NCBI GenBank assembly: GCA_963693365.1
Contig: CAVNZM010000014.1
Coordinates: 1,612,001-1,676,000 of the forward strand
Direction of reading: 5' to 3'
DNA length: 64,000 nucleotides
Source: Amoebidium appalachense
Taxonomy: Eukaryota; Protista; Ichthyosporea
Part shown: positions 43,173 to 55,994 of the stretch, in pieces
Position numbering within the stretch: position 1 is the stretch's first letter
How the letters are laid out: the number at the start of each line of letters is the position of its first letter
Position numbers and translations under genes: made by a program
The notes under the pieces: model-generated
What the model saw: only the letters and a program-made list of their open reading frames with translations
Told to the model about the DNA's origin: nothing
Database searches by the model: none

Positions 43173-43730
43173 CTAGATGATAACGTAGCCTTATAGCTGC
43201 TGATGACTTCATGGGCCAACCTTGCCAAAACCTGTAAAGGAACTCGAGCTAAGAATTAGCTCATCCTACTTGCGAGAAGTGGGGGGAGGGGGGGGGGGGG
43301 GGGGGGACTGAGGGGGCTGACTGAGAGTGGCAAAAAAAGAGTCGACAGAACCAACCTCAAACATAGTAAGGACGGAAACCCGGACCAGAACTTATGAAGT
43401 CTAGAGAAGCAGAAAATCGCTTGAACGATCGGTGGAGGGGATGATAGCTATAGTGCTAACAGCAAAAGTAGTGCCCACAGTCGCTGGTTCATGAACGTGA
43501 AAGGCAACGTGCATCTGCAGCCAGCAGACACACGCACACGCACGCACACACACACACATACACACACACACACACACAGACACAGACACAGACATAATCA
43601 CAGGACGGACACAGACCAGACAGACAAACGCCATATGCACAAAAGCAGGCAACACAAAACTAACCTTCAAAGGGCAGCATGGTCCAAAACAATAAGCACG
43701 GTGGCTGCGGGATCTGCGGAGGGGATCTGT

Positions 43731-43833
43731 GACCAGGCGACCTGCGGGAAGGGAACTGCGACCAGGCGACCTGCGGGAAGGGACCTGCGACCAGGCGACC
43801 TGCGGGAAAGGACCTGCGGACCTGCGGGAAGGG
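43731..43833. repeat. ~29-bp-period minisatellite (GACCAGGCGACCTGCGGGAAGGGA...)
   Basis: GACCTGCGGGAA recurs 4 times within about 100 bp. Confidence 0.85.
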
Positions 43834-44158
43834 GGAAGAGAAATGGAGCAAACAACGTGCGTACAGGCTTAAATGGAGAAAAAATTGCAAACCGGATTGG
43901 GATTTAGCCAATCACTATTCGCCGCGCCTGATTAGGAAAAAGATAAAAATAGATTTCGGCTCGCGCGCGCGCGTGCATCCGGCTTGGTGCCCTTAGCCGT
44001 CACAACTATCAGACTATAGTTACGTGTCCTCCACTTCTTTGTTCTTGACCATTTTTTCGGCATGAAAGGGTTTCTGTTACTTCTTGCTGTCCTTCTTAGC
44101 GTGCTTGCTTGTCTTTTTTTCAACATGGGTGTCACTGGCGCTTTCGACTTCTTTGAAA

Positions 44159-44200
<42 letters not shown>

Positions 44201-44855
44201 ATGCACACTGCACACACACACACACACACACACACAGGCGCGCACACACAGGCACGCACACACACACAGGCGCACACCTACACAACACACACAGCACATG
44301 CACACACAAGCGCACACACGCACACACCCTGTTATCCCTGATCATGATGCCCCCTCCCCCCCTCCCTCTTCCCCCCCCCCGCCCCCCCCCCCCCCCCCCC
44401 CCCCCCCCCACCCACCCACCTACAAAGACGAAAACATTGTACATGTATTGCATACACAAATATACTCGCACATATACATACACACATTCACTTTAATCTT
44501 TCAGGCTACATGTGCAATATACATTAATTATGCACAGTCGATAGAATTCGTTGTGAAACCCCCCCCCCCCCCCCCCCCCCCCCCTCCTCGTTCCCCCCCA
44601 TATGCAATGGGGATAATATTGTTTCCCGCTATTAATAAAAAAAATCACCGTTCTAACTTCCTAAGACCGAACCACTTGTAACACCGACAGTTTCGGTTGT
44701 GTGCCGTGGAACCTCCCCCCCCCCCCCCCCCCCCCCCCCCAACCCACCCACCACCACCTTACCAATATTGAGGTGTACACTGCCCCCACATCCCCAACTG
44801 TGTGCTGAATATCCCGTGCTAGGAAACCAATAACGTGAAAGTAACACATGCCGCA

Positions 44856-47062
44856 TGTGGGTAGTTATTGAAAAAACCAATAATGTCTAGGTAACATACT
44901 ATGTACATATACTATGCTACAAAGGGGGTTCTATACGAGCTACAACGTTGTGTTTTTTTCGTGTGACCCTCGTACTCCAGGCGCACATTCACCATCCCCC
45001 CCATAAACGTTGTGGTAAAGTTCTCGTGCTAGAAGCTGTTCTGTGGGTAGTTATTGAAAAAACGAATAATGTCTAGGTAACACATGTACATATGCTATGC
45101 TACAAGGGGGGTTCTATTCGAGCTACAATGTTGTGTTTTTTTTGTGTGACCCTCGTACTCCAGGGGCACATTCACCATCCCCCCCATAAACGTTGTGGTA
45201 AATCTCTCGTGCTAGAGGCTGTTCTGTGGGTAGTTATTGAAAAACCAATAATGTCTAGGTAACATATGTACATATACTATGCTACAAGGGGGGTTCTATA
45301 CGAGCTACAACGTTGTGTTTTTTTCGTGTGACCCTTGTACTCCAGGGGCACATTCCCCATCCCCCCCCATAAACTTTGTGGTAAATGTCTCGTGCTAGAA
45401 GCCGTTCTGTGGGTAGTTATTGAAAAAACCAATAATGTCTAGGTAACACATGGACAGATACTATGCTACAAGGGGGGTCTATTCGAGCTACAACATTGTG
45501 TTTTTTTCGTGTGACCCTCGTTCTCCAGGGGCACATTCACCATCCCCGCCATAAACTGTGTGGTAAATTTCTCGTGCTAGAAGCTGTTCTGTGGGTAGTT
45601 ATTGAAAAAACCAATAATGTCTAGGTAACATACTATGTACATATACTATGCTACAAGGGGGGTTCTATACGAGCTACAACGTTGTGTTTTTTTCGTGTGA
45701 CCCTCGTACTCCAGGGGCACATTCACCATCCCCCCCATAAACTTTGCGGTAAAGCTCTCGTGCTAGAAGCTGTTCTGTGGGTAGTTATTGAAAAAACGAA
45801 TAATGTCTAGGTAACACATGTACTTATACTATGCTACAAGGGGGGTTCTATACGAGCTACAACGTTGTGTTTTTTTCGTGTGACCCTCGTCCTCCAGGGG
45901 CCCATTCACCATCCCCCCCATAAAATTTGTGGTAAAGGTCTCGTGCTAGAAGCTGTTCTGTGGGTAGTTATTGAAAAAACCAATAATGTCTAGGTAACAC
46001 ATGGACATATACTATGCTACAAGGGGGGTCTATTCGAGCTACAACATTGTGTTTTTTTCGTGTGACCCTCGTACTCCAGGGGCACATTCTCCATCCCCCC
46101 CATAAACTTTGTGGTAAAGTTCTCGTGCTAGAGGCTGTTCTGTGGGTAATTATTGAAAAAACCAATAATGTCTAGGTAACATATGTACATATACTATGCT
46201 ACAAGGGGGTTCTATTCGAGCTACAATGTTGTGTTTTTTTCGTGTGACCCTCGTACTCCAGAGGCACATTCACCATCCCCCCCATAAACGTTGTGGTAAA
46301 TCTCTCGTGCTAGAGGCTGTTCTGTGGGTAGTTATTGAAAGACCAATAATGTCTAGGTAACATATGTACATATACTATGCTACAAGGGGGGTTCTATACG
46401 AGCTACAACGTTGTGTTTTTTTCGTGTGACCCTCGTACTCCAGGGGCACATTCACCATATCCCCCATAAACGTTGTGGTAAATGTCTCGTGCTAGAAGCT
46501 GTTCTGTGGGTAGTTATTGAAAAAACGAATAATGTCTAGGTAACACATGTACATATACTATGCTACAATTGCAAGGGGGGTTCTATTCGAGCTACAATGT
46601 TGTGTTTTTTTCGTGTGACCCTCGTACTCCAGGGGCACATTCACCATCCCCCCCATAAACGTTGTGGTAAAGGTCTCGTGCTAGAAGCTGTTCTGTGGGT
46701 AGTTATTGAAAAAACCAATAATGCCTAGGTAACACATGTACATATACCATGCTACAAGGGGGGTTCTATTCGAGCTACAATGTTGTGTTTTTTTCGTGTG
46801 ACCCTCGTACTCCAGGGGCACATTCACCATCTCTCCCATAAAGTTTGTGGTAAATCTCTCGTGCTAGAGGCTGTTCTGTGGGTAGTTATTGAAAAACCAA
46901 TAATGTCTAGGTAACATATGTACATATATTATGCTACAAGGGGGGTTCTATACGAGCTACAACGTTGTGTTTTTTTCGTGTGACCCTCGTACTCCAGGGG
47001 CATATTCACCATCCCCGCCATAAACTGTGTGGTAAATGTCTCGTGCTAGAAGCTGTTCTGTG
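44856..47062. repeat. Tandem satellite, 12 units of ~183 bp
   Basis: Unit start TGTGGGTA(G/A)TTATTGAAA at about 44856, 45042, 45225, 45408, 45590, 45776, 45959, 46141, 46323, 46505, 46693 and 46877. Units are similar over their whole length. Confidence 0.96.
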
Positions 47063-47240
47063 TCTGATGTGTGGATGTCTGTGTATGTTGTGTGTGTGTG
47101 CATGTCTGTGTGTGTGTATGTGCTCAGTTGAAAGGGAAGGGGGGGAGAGGGGGGATGCACCGTGTGTGTGCATGTGTGCACGTGTGTGTGTGTGTGCTCT
47201 GTGGAGAGGAAGGGGAGGGGGGAAATGCACCGTGTGTGTG

Positions 47241-47306
<66 letters not shown>

Positions 47307-47460
47307 TTGTGTGTTTGTGTGTGTGTGCATGTTTGTGTGCATCGTGTGTGTTGTGTGTGTGTGGGCGTGCATGTCTGTGCATGTGTGCATGTGCTCGGTT
47401 GAGAGGGAAGGGGAAGGGGGGGATTCGTGTCCGTGCATGTGTGCATGTGTGCATGTGTGT

Positions 47461-47506
<46 letters not shown>

Positions 47507-48098
47507 ATGTATGTGTGTGTGTATGTGCTCAGTTGAGAGGGAAGGGGAGGGGGGGGGGTGCACCGTGTGTGTGCATGTGTGCATGTTAATGCAAAGTACA
47601 CACGGGGGAGTCCGTAGAATTGTTTTCCCGACGGAGGGGGGGGGGGACGTGATCGGGGAATTTCAGTGTTTTCTCCAGTCCCGCATGCAACATACCAGCC
47701 TTCGTATTCAAAAAACCCAAACACCCTTTCCTTTAGCAAGTAGCTGACTTTCTCACCACCAAACGTAGATGGGGGTGGGGGGGAGTGCCCACGTTCACCC
47801 ACACATCCCCACGGGCATTTGCCGGCCCATCAGGGGGGGTCCAAGAGGGGGGGGGGGGGTCATTCTATAGTGTGCATGTGTTGTGGAGGGAAAAAACGAG
47901 CAAAAACCCTCAGAATGGACGGATTTCGATGCAGTTTTTTTTTGTTTTCCCAATGGGAAGGTATGTTAATGCAAAGTACACACGGGGGAGTCCGTAGGAT
48001 TTTTTCCCGACGGAGGGGGGAACGTGATCGGGGAATTTCAAGACGAAAAATCTAAAATCTCAATATCTGCCAAAACCCTCCGAATGGACGGGGGGGAG

Positions 48099-48135
<37 letters not shown>

Positions 48136-48318
48136 AGGGGGGGGGGGGGGAGGCATCAAACGTGATGGCTCACACACCCCCACTGAAATTTGCTGGTCCC
48201 ATAGGTGGGGTCCATGGGGGGGGGGGGTCATTGTATAGTGTGCTTTTTTTTTGTGGGGGGGGGGGGGGGGGGGGGGTGGGTTTACACATTGGGTGGTTAT
48301 TTCCAAGGCAATGGCAAC

Positions 48319-48365
<47 letters not shown>

Positions 48366-49331
48366 TCCCCGGCGGGCCCAGCTGCGGAAGATTACTCTGA
48401 TCCACTCGAATCCTTTTGTCCCAAACACAGGCTTGCAGGATAAGAAAGGCCTGCACCTTGCAAAGCTGGATGCCTATTTTGCATCAGAAGGGAACTTCGA
48501 CCCCAGCCCCAGGCTTGAAGGACGTGGCAATTGCCTAAAGTTCCTGCCGCTACAGCTGCAGTTGTTCCTAGCGGGCTTAACGCCTGCTGAAGCACGGGGG
48601 ACTCCACGGGGGGATCTGCCTCTTCCAGTGAAAAGAAAAATATTCCCATACAACAGCTGCTATATTCGACTGCAAGAAGGTGAGGAGGGAGTGTATCTTA
48701 GTGATCCGACCTGAATCGATAAATGCTCCAACCAGAGTACTGTATGACGTCATCATATAAAAACGCCTGGCGCAGGGTCAGTTTTGCACGTGTTACTCTC
48801 TTTTTCTCACCATTTTACCCTAACGTGACAGGGAACAAGCACATCACAAAAAAACCGTAGAAAAATTCTTGGCGGGGTAGTGGCTTAGTAAGTAATGGTA
48901 GGCATTCAACGATTTTGAGCTTCAATTTACGGAGAACTTTGTAGTGTTTGCGCACCCCATGACTACAATAATTTCTCGGAATGCTTGTTGGTATGGCTTA
49001 TTTTGCACTTTACGGGTTCTGGCACCGGGAGGCCATAGGCCTGAGCCAAGAAAAACGTCAAACTTGTTACAAATGCGTGCCAAAGATGCATACTTTAAAC
49101 GTTCACGTTGTTGCTTTTGCACCACAGGTGCATTTTTCGTTTGAGAAACATTGACATCAGCTTTCAAATTCGTTTTTTTCGGTACACACACTTCAAATAA
49201 CCCTTTTAGCATCTAGTTACCACAAACAGTTTCGAAGAAACGAATAAAAACCAAACAAATCACCCCTAATCCGAAAACGACAAATGAGTGTTGCGCAATG
49301 TACAGAAACTGACCAGTGGGCAGAAGGTACT

Positions 49332-51365
49332 TTAACGTGTAGTGTTTCTGCGTGATCGTACCGGGCCTGTGTTTGTGTTGACTTGGGTGCGTGTGCGTGG
49401 AGGAACACCATGTGTGATGTGGTTTTCGAAGCATGCACGTGTTTGATCATTGCAGAGAAACACATTACACTTGATGCAGTAGGTATGTGTCTGGTGGCGT
49501 TCCCCTTTGTTCCTAAAGCAGAGAACGCATCTACCTTTTCTTTCTTTTCTGGCACGCTGGTGTCCGTGTAGAGCATGGGGGGCAGGAGCAGCAGGGGGAA
49601 GGGGGTATTCTAGTGCAGGCAGGTGGGGGTTGCATATGAGTGCTTCTGCTAGCTCACGCCTTGTGTCCATGCTCGTGTTTGTGGATTTGCCAAAGTATCT
49701 GTATGCAAAGTGTACGTTTGCTACTACAAACCCCAGAAGCCCCCCAAAGGTGCGGAGTTGGTGACGTTTAGTGCCCAAGGCTTCGTCCACAGAGCCGTTT
49801 AACATTCGTGTTTTGTTGAATATATCGGCCATGTTGTAGTTTTCGAAGTATTCTTCGACTGCTTTCGGTTGGGGGACGTCATTTCCGTTTCGTGATTTTC
49901 TCGGTTGACCCGGCTGAGTACTTGAACATGAGGTGATCACTTTCATACTGTAGTTCTTGTTTCTCCATAACACCGCAACGAGGTCTACTCCGTCCACACT
50001 GCACACTGCCTCCGACCATACACCACGTCCTTCCTCACATAGAAGGTCCAACATGTTGAGGGGAAAGTCTCTGGTTGCGGTTTTGACATTGAAAAGTGCG
50101 TAGAATCCGATTTTGTACACTTCCCTTGTCCCGGTTACTGACCCAAACCAGCTGTCTCCGACGATCGTTCTGGGGTTACGGTGGGTGGGGTTGGCCCTTG
50201 GGGTTAGAAGACGCAAGGTGGTGCCTGTTCCAGCTCCCAACTGTCGGTACGGTTTGCTTGCCATCCTAAGCTTCCCCTCGTTCATTTCGAAGTTAATGAG
50301 TATGTTGGTTACACAGTCGTGTAGAGTTTTTATTTCTTGACCGAGAGGGTGGGGTTTTCGTTTTATATAGATTTGGCACGGAAGGTTGCAATGATAGCTG
50401 GCAAAGATGGCCTCGTCTTCGCATAATTCATCCCCGGGCTCGATAGAGCAACGGCACCGACTCTGCAGTGCTTCCATGAAACCGCGTGTGTCTTTCAGTG
50501 GATCATCCTCCGGATATTGAGTGATGTCGGTGACGGTAAAGCAGGCACGGATGTTTTCGAACCGGTGTTCGGTCATGAAGCGGGCAAAGTCGTGTACGGG
50601 AAATATGTGGCTTGGGTTCTCTGCTGCCGACGTCCAGTAGTTCGATCTCGAGCCGGGTTCGAATGTTCCAGCCATGTAAATCCACATACCCAACCACCTA
50701 AGTAGCTCACCCGGGGTTAAGTCAACCCAATTTTTGTAACGTGCACGACCTACTTCGTTTGTGAGTGGAATGACTGCTGTGAAGAGATACTCCATAGGCA
50801 TGAAGTGTTCAAACAAACACAGAACACTCTTGCGCTTGTTTAGTGCTAGTGGAATGGTTGGTTTTCTGCGTGGGCCTGTTCTTTTGTCAAGTACTTGCTC
50901 ATCTGGGATGGTCCATTGCAAGGTGCACGTGGGGTCGGTGGGGGTAGGTAACTCTACTTGTTCATCTACAAGTTCTATCTCATCTTCATTCTCACTGTCT
51001 GTGACAGGAATCTCTACTTGTTGGATGTCTCCATCTGGATCTTCGTCACTATCACTCTCTAGCTCGCTACTTGTGTGTTCACTGTCTTCTTCATCTATTA
51101 AAGTTAGCTGATGGCGCAGAACTACTTCTGTGGTACCGTCAAAATCAAACTTTACTTTCCATTCACTGCCTTCGTTTGTCTTGCATCGTTTCACTACTGT
51201 GCCAACCAGTATTTGTGTGTCCCAACTCAGGCCGAACTTCTTGTAAGACCAACGTGTGGTGTCATCTGTGAAATCTTCCCCCTGAACCCCGTCAAATATG
51301 TATGCAAAACAACAGACACGAGCTCCAGAATAAAGTGACTCTATTGGGTCTAATGTTTTGGCCAT
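49332..51365 (-). CDS. piggyBac transposase (DDE_Tnp_1_7, PGBD4-like), intact 677-aa ORF
   Basis: Motifs M..HRFENIR, CEDEAI, YIKRKPHPLG, VGDSWFGSV and Y...YNMADIFN, plus a C-terminal Cys-rich domain CVLC..T..YC..C.VFLC...CF..H. Confidence 0.9.
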   Translation of the reverse strand: MAKTLDPIESLYSGARVCCFAYIFDGVQGEDFTDDTTRWSYKKFGLSWDTQILVGTVVKRCKTNEGSEWKVKFDFDGTTEVVLRHQLTLIDEEDSEHTSSELESDSDEDPDGDIQQVEIPVTDSENEDEIELVDEQVELPTPTDPTCTLQWTIPDEQVLDKRTGPRRKPTIPLALNKRKSVLCLFEHFMPMEYLFTAVIPLTNEVGRARYKNWVDLTPGELLRWLGMWIYMAGTFEPGSRSNYWTSAAENPSHIFPVHDFARFMTEHRFENIRACFTVTDITQYPEDDPLKDTRGFMEALQSRCRCSIEPGDELCEDEAIFASYHCNLPCQIYIKRKPHPLGQEIKTLHDCVTNILINFEMNEGKLRMASKPYRQLGAGTGTTLRLLTPRANPTHRNPRTIVGDSWFGSVTGTREVYKIGFYALFNVKTATRDFPLNMLDLLCEEGRGVWSEAVCSVDGVDLVAVLWRNKNYSMKVITSCSSTQPGQPRKSRNGNDVPQPKAVEEYFENYNMADIFNKTRMLNGSVDEALGTKRHQLRTFGGLLGFVVANVHFAYRYFGKSTNTSMDTRRELAEALICNPHLPALEYPLPPAAPAPHALHGHQRARKERKGRCVLCFRNKGERHQTHTYCIKCNVFLCNDQTRACFENHITHGVPPRTRTQVNTNTGPVRSRRNTTR

Positions 51366-53746
51366 GTTGGGCGCTCATCTTTCACATGAAACCCATGGCT
51401 TGTTGTGTTCGCGGACTCAGCAAGTTTCGTCCGTTTGATCATGAATCATGTTGTTGTCGAGCATGAATTCAAAAACTTGCAACAGCGTCGGCAACCAATA
51501 AAAGCTAGGGAAGGCCTTGTTAGTTACCGTACCAAAGACAAAAAAGGTGTAAACTTATGTTTTCTTACTGGCTGTACAAAAAAAAGCGGGCTCCTGGGCC
51601 CCAATAGCTCGCGGTATCCTTCCGAAACAAGCATTCCTAAAGTACTGCGGTCAGAGTACTTATGGCCGCTAAGTTCTCCGATCAGAGTACATTTCGGATG
51701 CATCATTAGGGTGGTGGGGTGTAAGGAGTTTTATGGTCGGCGATCCGCACTGCAGTTTCAGGTATGGTTGGCGTATTTATTCAGGACGTACTGACAGAAT
51801 AGTAAGTATAGCTCTAGTATAGCGTGAGGATATTCTTAGGAGCTTCCTAAGGTATGCGATATATATCTTTGCGTTTTTTTGCGTTTTTTGTGCATTTTTT
51901 TATTTTTTTATTTTTTAATGTGTTTATTTAGGGTAAATTCCACGCACCGGCCACTTGCTCCGCGCAGGCATTGCACCGTTTGCCAAGGTATCTCGCCTAA
52001 TTTATAGGTACCTTAAATATTATTATAACTAAAACTTCTGTATTTGGCAGTTGAATGCCCCAGTTTTACTTACATTAGACGGATCATGATTGTAATGATA
52101 ACAGTGCTTCGGATTCTGGTTTGCACCCCTCCAGTAAATCTTTGTTTCCATTGGCTATCAACGCCTCGCGCGCACCTGCGCGACGCCTTCATGTTTCATG
52201 TTTCAATAAAAGCGTAGGGACGCCTTCATTGTGAATGCAGTGTGAAATTCGATCCTAAAAAACAACCAATCAAAAACGTTGGAGTGATCTATCCCACAAT
52301 CAAATGCGAAATCCCTTTTCCGGCCGTATATATTGAGCTAACCCGCGCATAACGTGGTCCTGGGTAATCGGCATTGACCGGGTGGTGAAGACGCCGTGGC
52401 TGAGGATAGCGATACATGCTTTGCTTTTCTATCCCAGGGAACACTTAAAGATCATCTAAATCGATCCCAGTAAATCCTTAAAGAAGTCCTAAAGTAATCC
52501 TAACACAATACCTAATTGCAACTCTGAACATCTTTAAGCTACCCCAAATAGGGCGTGAAGATCGCAGAAAGGTATCACCAATACTTGCCTAAGATTGCGT
52601 TAGCATATCACATGCACAGACATGGCCTGTCTTGAAGATATAATTTGGATGGCCAATAGCGCTACAAAAGAACTCTCCAAAGATCTCCTTAGATGATCCA
52701 CTGCCTAGCTGTGATATATCCTGACGACATTCTAACGCAATCAGTTCGTTTCGCAAATGTTGCATGGCCATACGGGATTAAGAGAGGATAAAGATTGTAC
52801 TAAGATCTCCGCAGTACATCTTTAACATATCTCTACGCCCATCCCACGAGCGCCTTGTGTCAACTTACTTGCGTGTATAATGCATCTTACACACATCTAT
52901 ATATTATGTATCGGTATCTCTCATAGACATCCTGTAGAATGAGTGCAGACGTCTTTAGGACATCTGTTAACTACCCCATGTTCCGGGATGATAAAAATAT
53001 GTCCTCAATCCGTCCAAGATATCTTTAAGACGTAAAAGACACGAAAGCCCGAAAGACGTCTTTCATATATCCCGTATGCATCCGCAACCCATCAGACAAT
53101 TTGATGGGGGGTTAAGGACATCCGGACTTGTGCTGATGGGTATAAGTGCACTTCCAGGTGTCTGTATGACATCTTGTCAGACGACTTTACTACGTCTTGC
53201 AGATGTCCACTGTCTTGAATCCGTGCCAGACGTATTTAATATATATGGGATGTGTTTCAGACGCCTTGCCATCCTGAAATTCCGGGTTATCCTAAACCCG
53301 TCCTAAGCTATCTTTTAGATATATTAACGACGATAGGACGTCCTAAAGTCGTACAAGACAGGTTTCGGATGGGGGGTGATCTTTGCTGATGTCGTTGGTG
53401 GCTCCGATTTTTCCTTACACTCTCGCGACCGCTTGCATGCTTTCTGTCGCGGCGCCTCGACGGTTCGATAGAGTCCAGTGTTCGCTGAATGTGTAAGGAA
53501 AAATAAGGAGCCATCTCAGTAGGTGGCAGGCTGTCACCGTACGTGTGCCCACCTGCAGCGAACGTAAAGTTCATCGCAGCGCGTGCAGACCGTCAGTACG
53601 AGTGAGACTTGAAACCCAAATGTCGAACCCTGCCGTCGAGGACTTCACCTCTGATGCAGGTGCCTGCATTGTACGTATACTGTAGTACAAACTTTGTGAC
53701 TAAAAGTATACAACAAAACAACCAAAACAACCAAAAAAAGGTAAGG

Positions 53747-53749
<3 letters not shown>

Positions 53750-53834
<85 letters not shown>

Positions 53835-53871
53835 TGTGTGAGTGACACGTGTGTGTGTGTGTGTGTATGTA

Positions 53872-53940
<69 letters not shown>
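53750..53940. repeat. (TG)n microsatellite
   Basis: Long TG runs seen directly. Confidence 0.95.
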
Positions 53941-53942
<2 letters not shown>

Positions 53943-53954
53943 ATTTGCGTGTGT

Positions 53955-55638
53955 CACAGCAAAAAAAAGTGCGAATCCGGCTCCCGATGATCCCCGATCA
54001 CGAATTAAGCCAGCTATTCTGATTGGTAGACTGTAATGAGGTCTAAATTTATTCCCGATTTCGTCCGGAATTCTTCCCGACTACGCAAATTTGACCCGGC
54101 CCGAATCAATGTGATGCCATGTGCGGCCTAACGGTCACACCAAACAAGAAAAAGACTTGCAAGTATCGGTCAAGTCGCACCACTCGCGCGCATTTAGTAA
54201 CAAAGATTCATAGACAGCAGTTGGTCGTCAAAGACAACCGTTGGCAAGTTTTGGTGTAAAGAAAAAAGCGACTCTAAACTCGCTTGCACGCATTCGCGTT
54301 TGTCTTGTGTTTGGTGAGATTGCTGCGGCTCCATCTACAACTTGCATACACAGCAGTGGGCCGTGGCCCAAGACTGCGTAGAATAGTAGTTGGTGTTTTT
54401 ACAATAGTAAGCATATTGTTTTTGAGCAGGCAGGAGTTTGAGTCTGGAAAAACAGAGCTATGCGCCACAGGCTAGGTGAGTTTTTTTTAATAACCTCATC
54501 TTCACGAACCCTCTGACTTACATACTAGGCTTTTTGTCTCGTGAGATCACACGGCAAGAAGGATACAACCTAAAACTTGTAAGCGCTTCTGTGCTTGCCT
54601 TTGTCGAAATTGGGCGTCCACGTCCAGCCGTGCATAGGCATCTGTACATCCTCGAGTCTTTGTTGCTCTGTTATTAGTTTATACTTCTTGCAATCTATGC
54701 TGCATCAGTATTGCAGAGAAGGCCACGTTGTGTTGCCTCCTTTTTGGCCTTATATAACACCGTACCCCTAGGTTCTAAAAGTCTCTTCCCCATCGCAGGT
54801 CCTTGAACCTGCTACTGTGACTTTGCCAAGTTCGGGTTTTGTGAGCGGCTCTAACAGGCTCTAACAGGTAAGCCAAGGCATCAGCATGGTGAAGTATAGG
54901 GGCAAGATGGATGTTGTGTAGTTGACTGTATCGTTCCATACCTACTGGTACTCAAATTAAAGAGTCGAAACACAGCCCATTATCTGCGTTAGAATAAGGG
55001 TTAACACACGTGCACATAGGTGTGCAGGTGAACGGTTTGCTAACCTAGCTATATACTTCCATGGCTCCCCACGGCTACTTAGCTATAGCCTCTTCATGCT
55101 TGCAACCTGGTGTTGCTCATACTAGGGTTCTGTGTGCCAAACCCTTCTGTCTGCTTTTGTATATATTGTGAGTGCTTTCTACCCAGCTGAATAGCCGTTG
55201 TTGGGCTGTTCCAGGCTCGGCATCACACCTTGCATCACACTGTGTGTGATGACGAAGAACATGACTTGACACCACACTGTGTGCGGTACAAGTAACAAAG
55301 TAAAGGCGCGAGCTAGTCACAGTGTACTTCAGCATTCTTGCGGTTGACAAATGTCTTGTTTTGTATTTAACTTTGGGTTAAGTTCCAGTATCGAAAGGGC
55401 AGGAAGTATTGTAGGTAAGGGCAGGTCGGGAAGGAATCGGGGTGTCCCGGTCACGGGCGTGATCGGGATTTTTTTTGCGAATCAGGGTGTGATCGGTATC
55501 AAAAAATCGGGGTGTAATCAGGCTAATTTCATCCCGATCACGTCGCTAATTACGAATCGGGTTTCCCGATTTTGCCCCGATTCTCATATGGTGATCAGGG
55601 TGTAATCGGGACACAGATTCGCATCTTTTTTCGCTGTG
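53955..55638. mobile_element. Non-autonomous TIR element (CMC/Transib-like CAC termini)
   Basis: Left end CACAGCAAAAAAAAGTGCGAATC and right end GATTCGCATCTTTTTTCGCTGTG form imperfect inverted repeats. Inverted subterminal CCCGAT/ATCGGG clusters are present, TGTGT flanks both sides, and there is no long ORF. Confidence 0.7.
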
Positions 55639-55659
55639 TGTGTGTCGTATAGCTACACA

Positions 55660-55730
<71 letters not shown>

Positions 55731-55958
55731 TAACACACGTGTGCACACACACACACACAGTGTCAAACACACACACACACACATGCACACACACACACGC
55801 GCGCGTGCGCATAGAGACACGCAAGCACCGTCACGGCACACACACACACGTGTTAACACACCGTGACGCACGTACGCATGGACGCACGCACGCCTAACAC
55901 GTACTGACGTGTTGCCGCACGTGCGACGTTTAACATCTACTCAGGCGGCGTCCCTTTT

Positions 55959-55994
<36 letters not shown>

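Noticed and set aside
44856-47062. CRISPR-like array
   Set aside because: Whole ~183-bp units are repeated, with no unique spacers and no cas genes, in a eukaryotic context.
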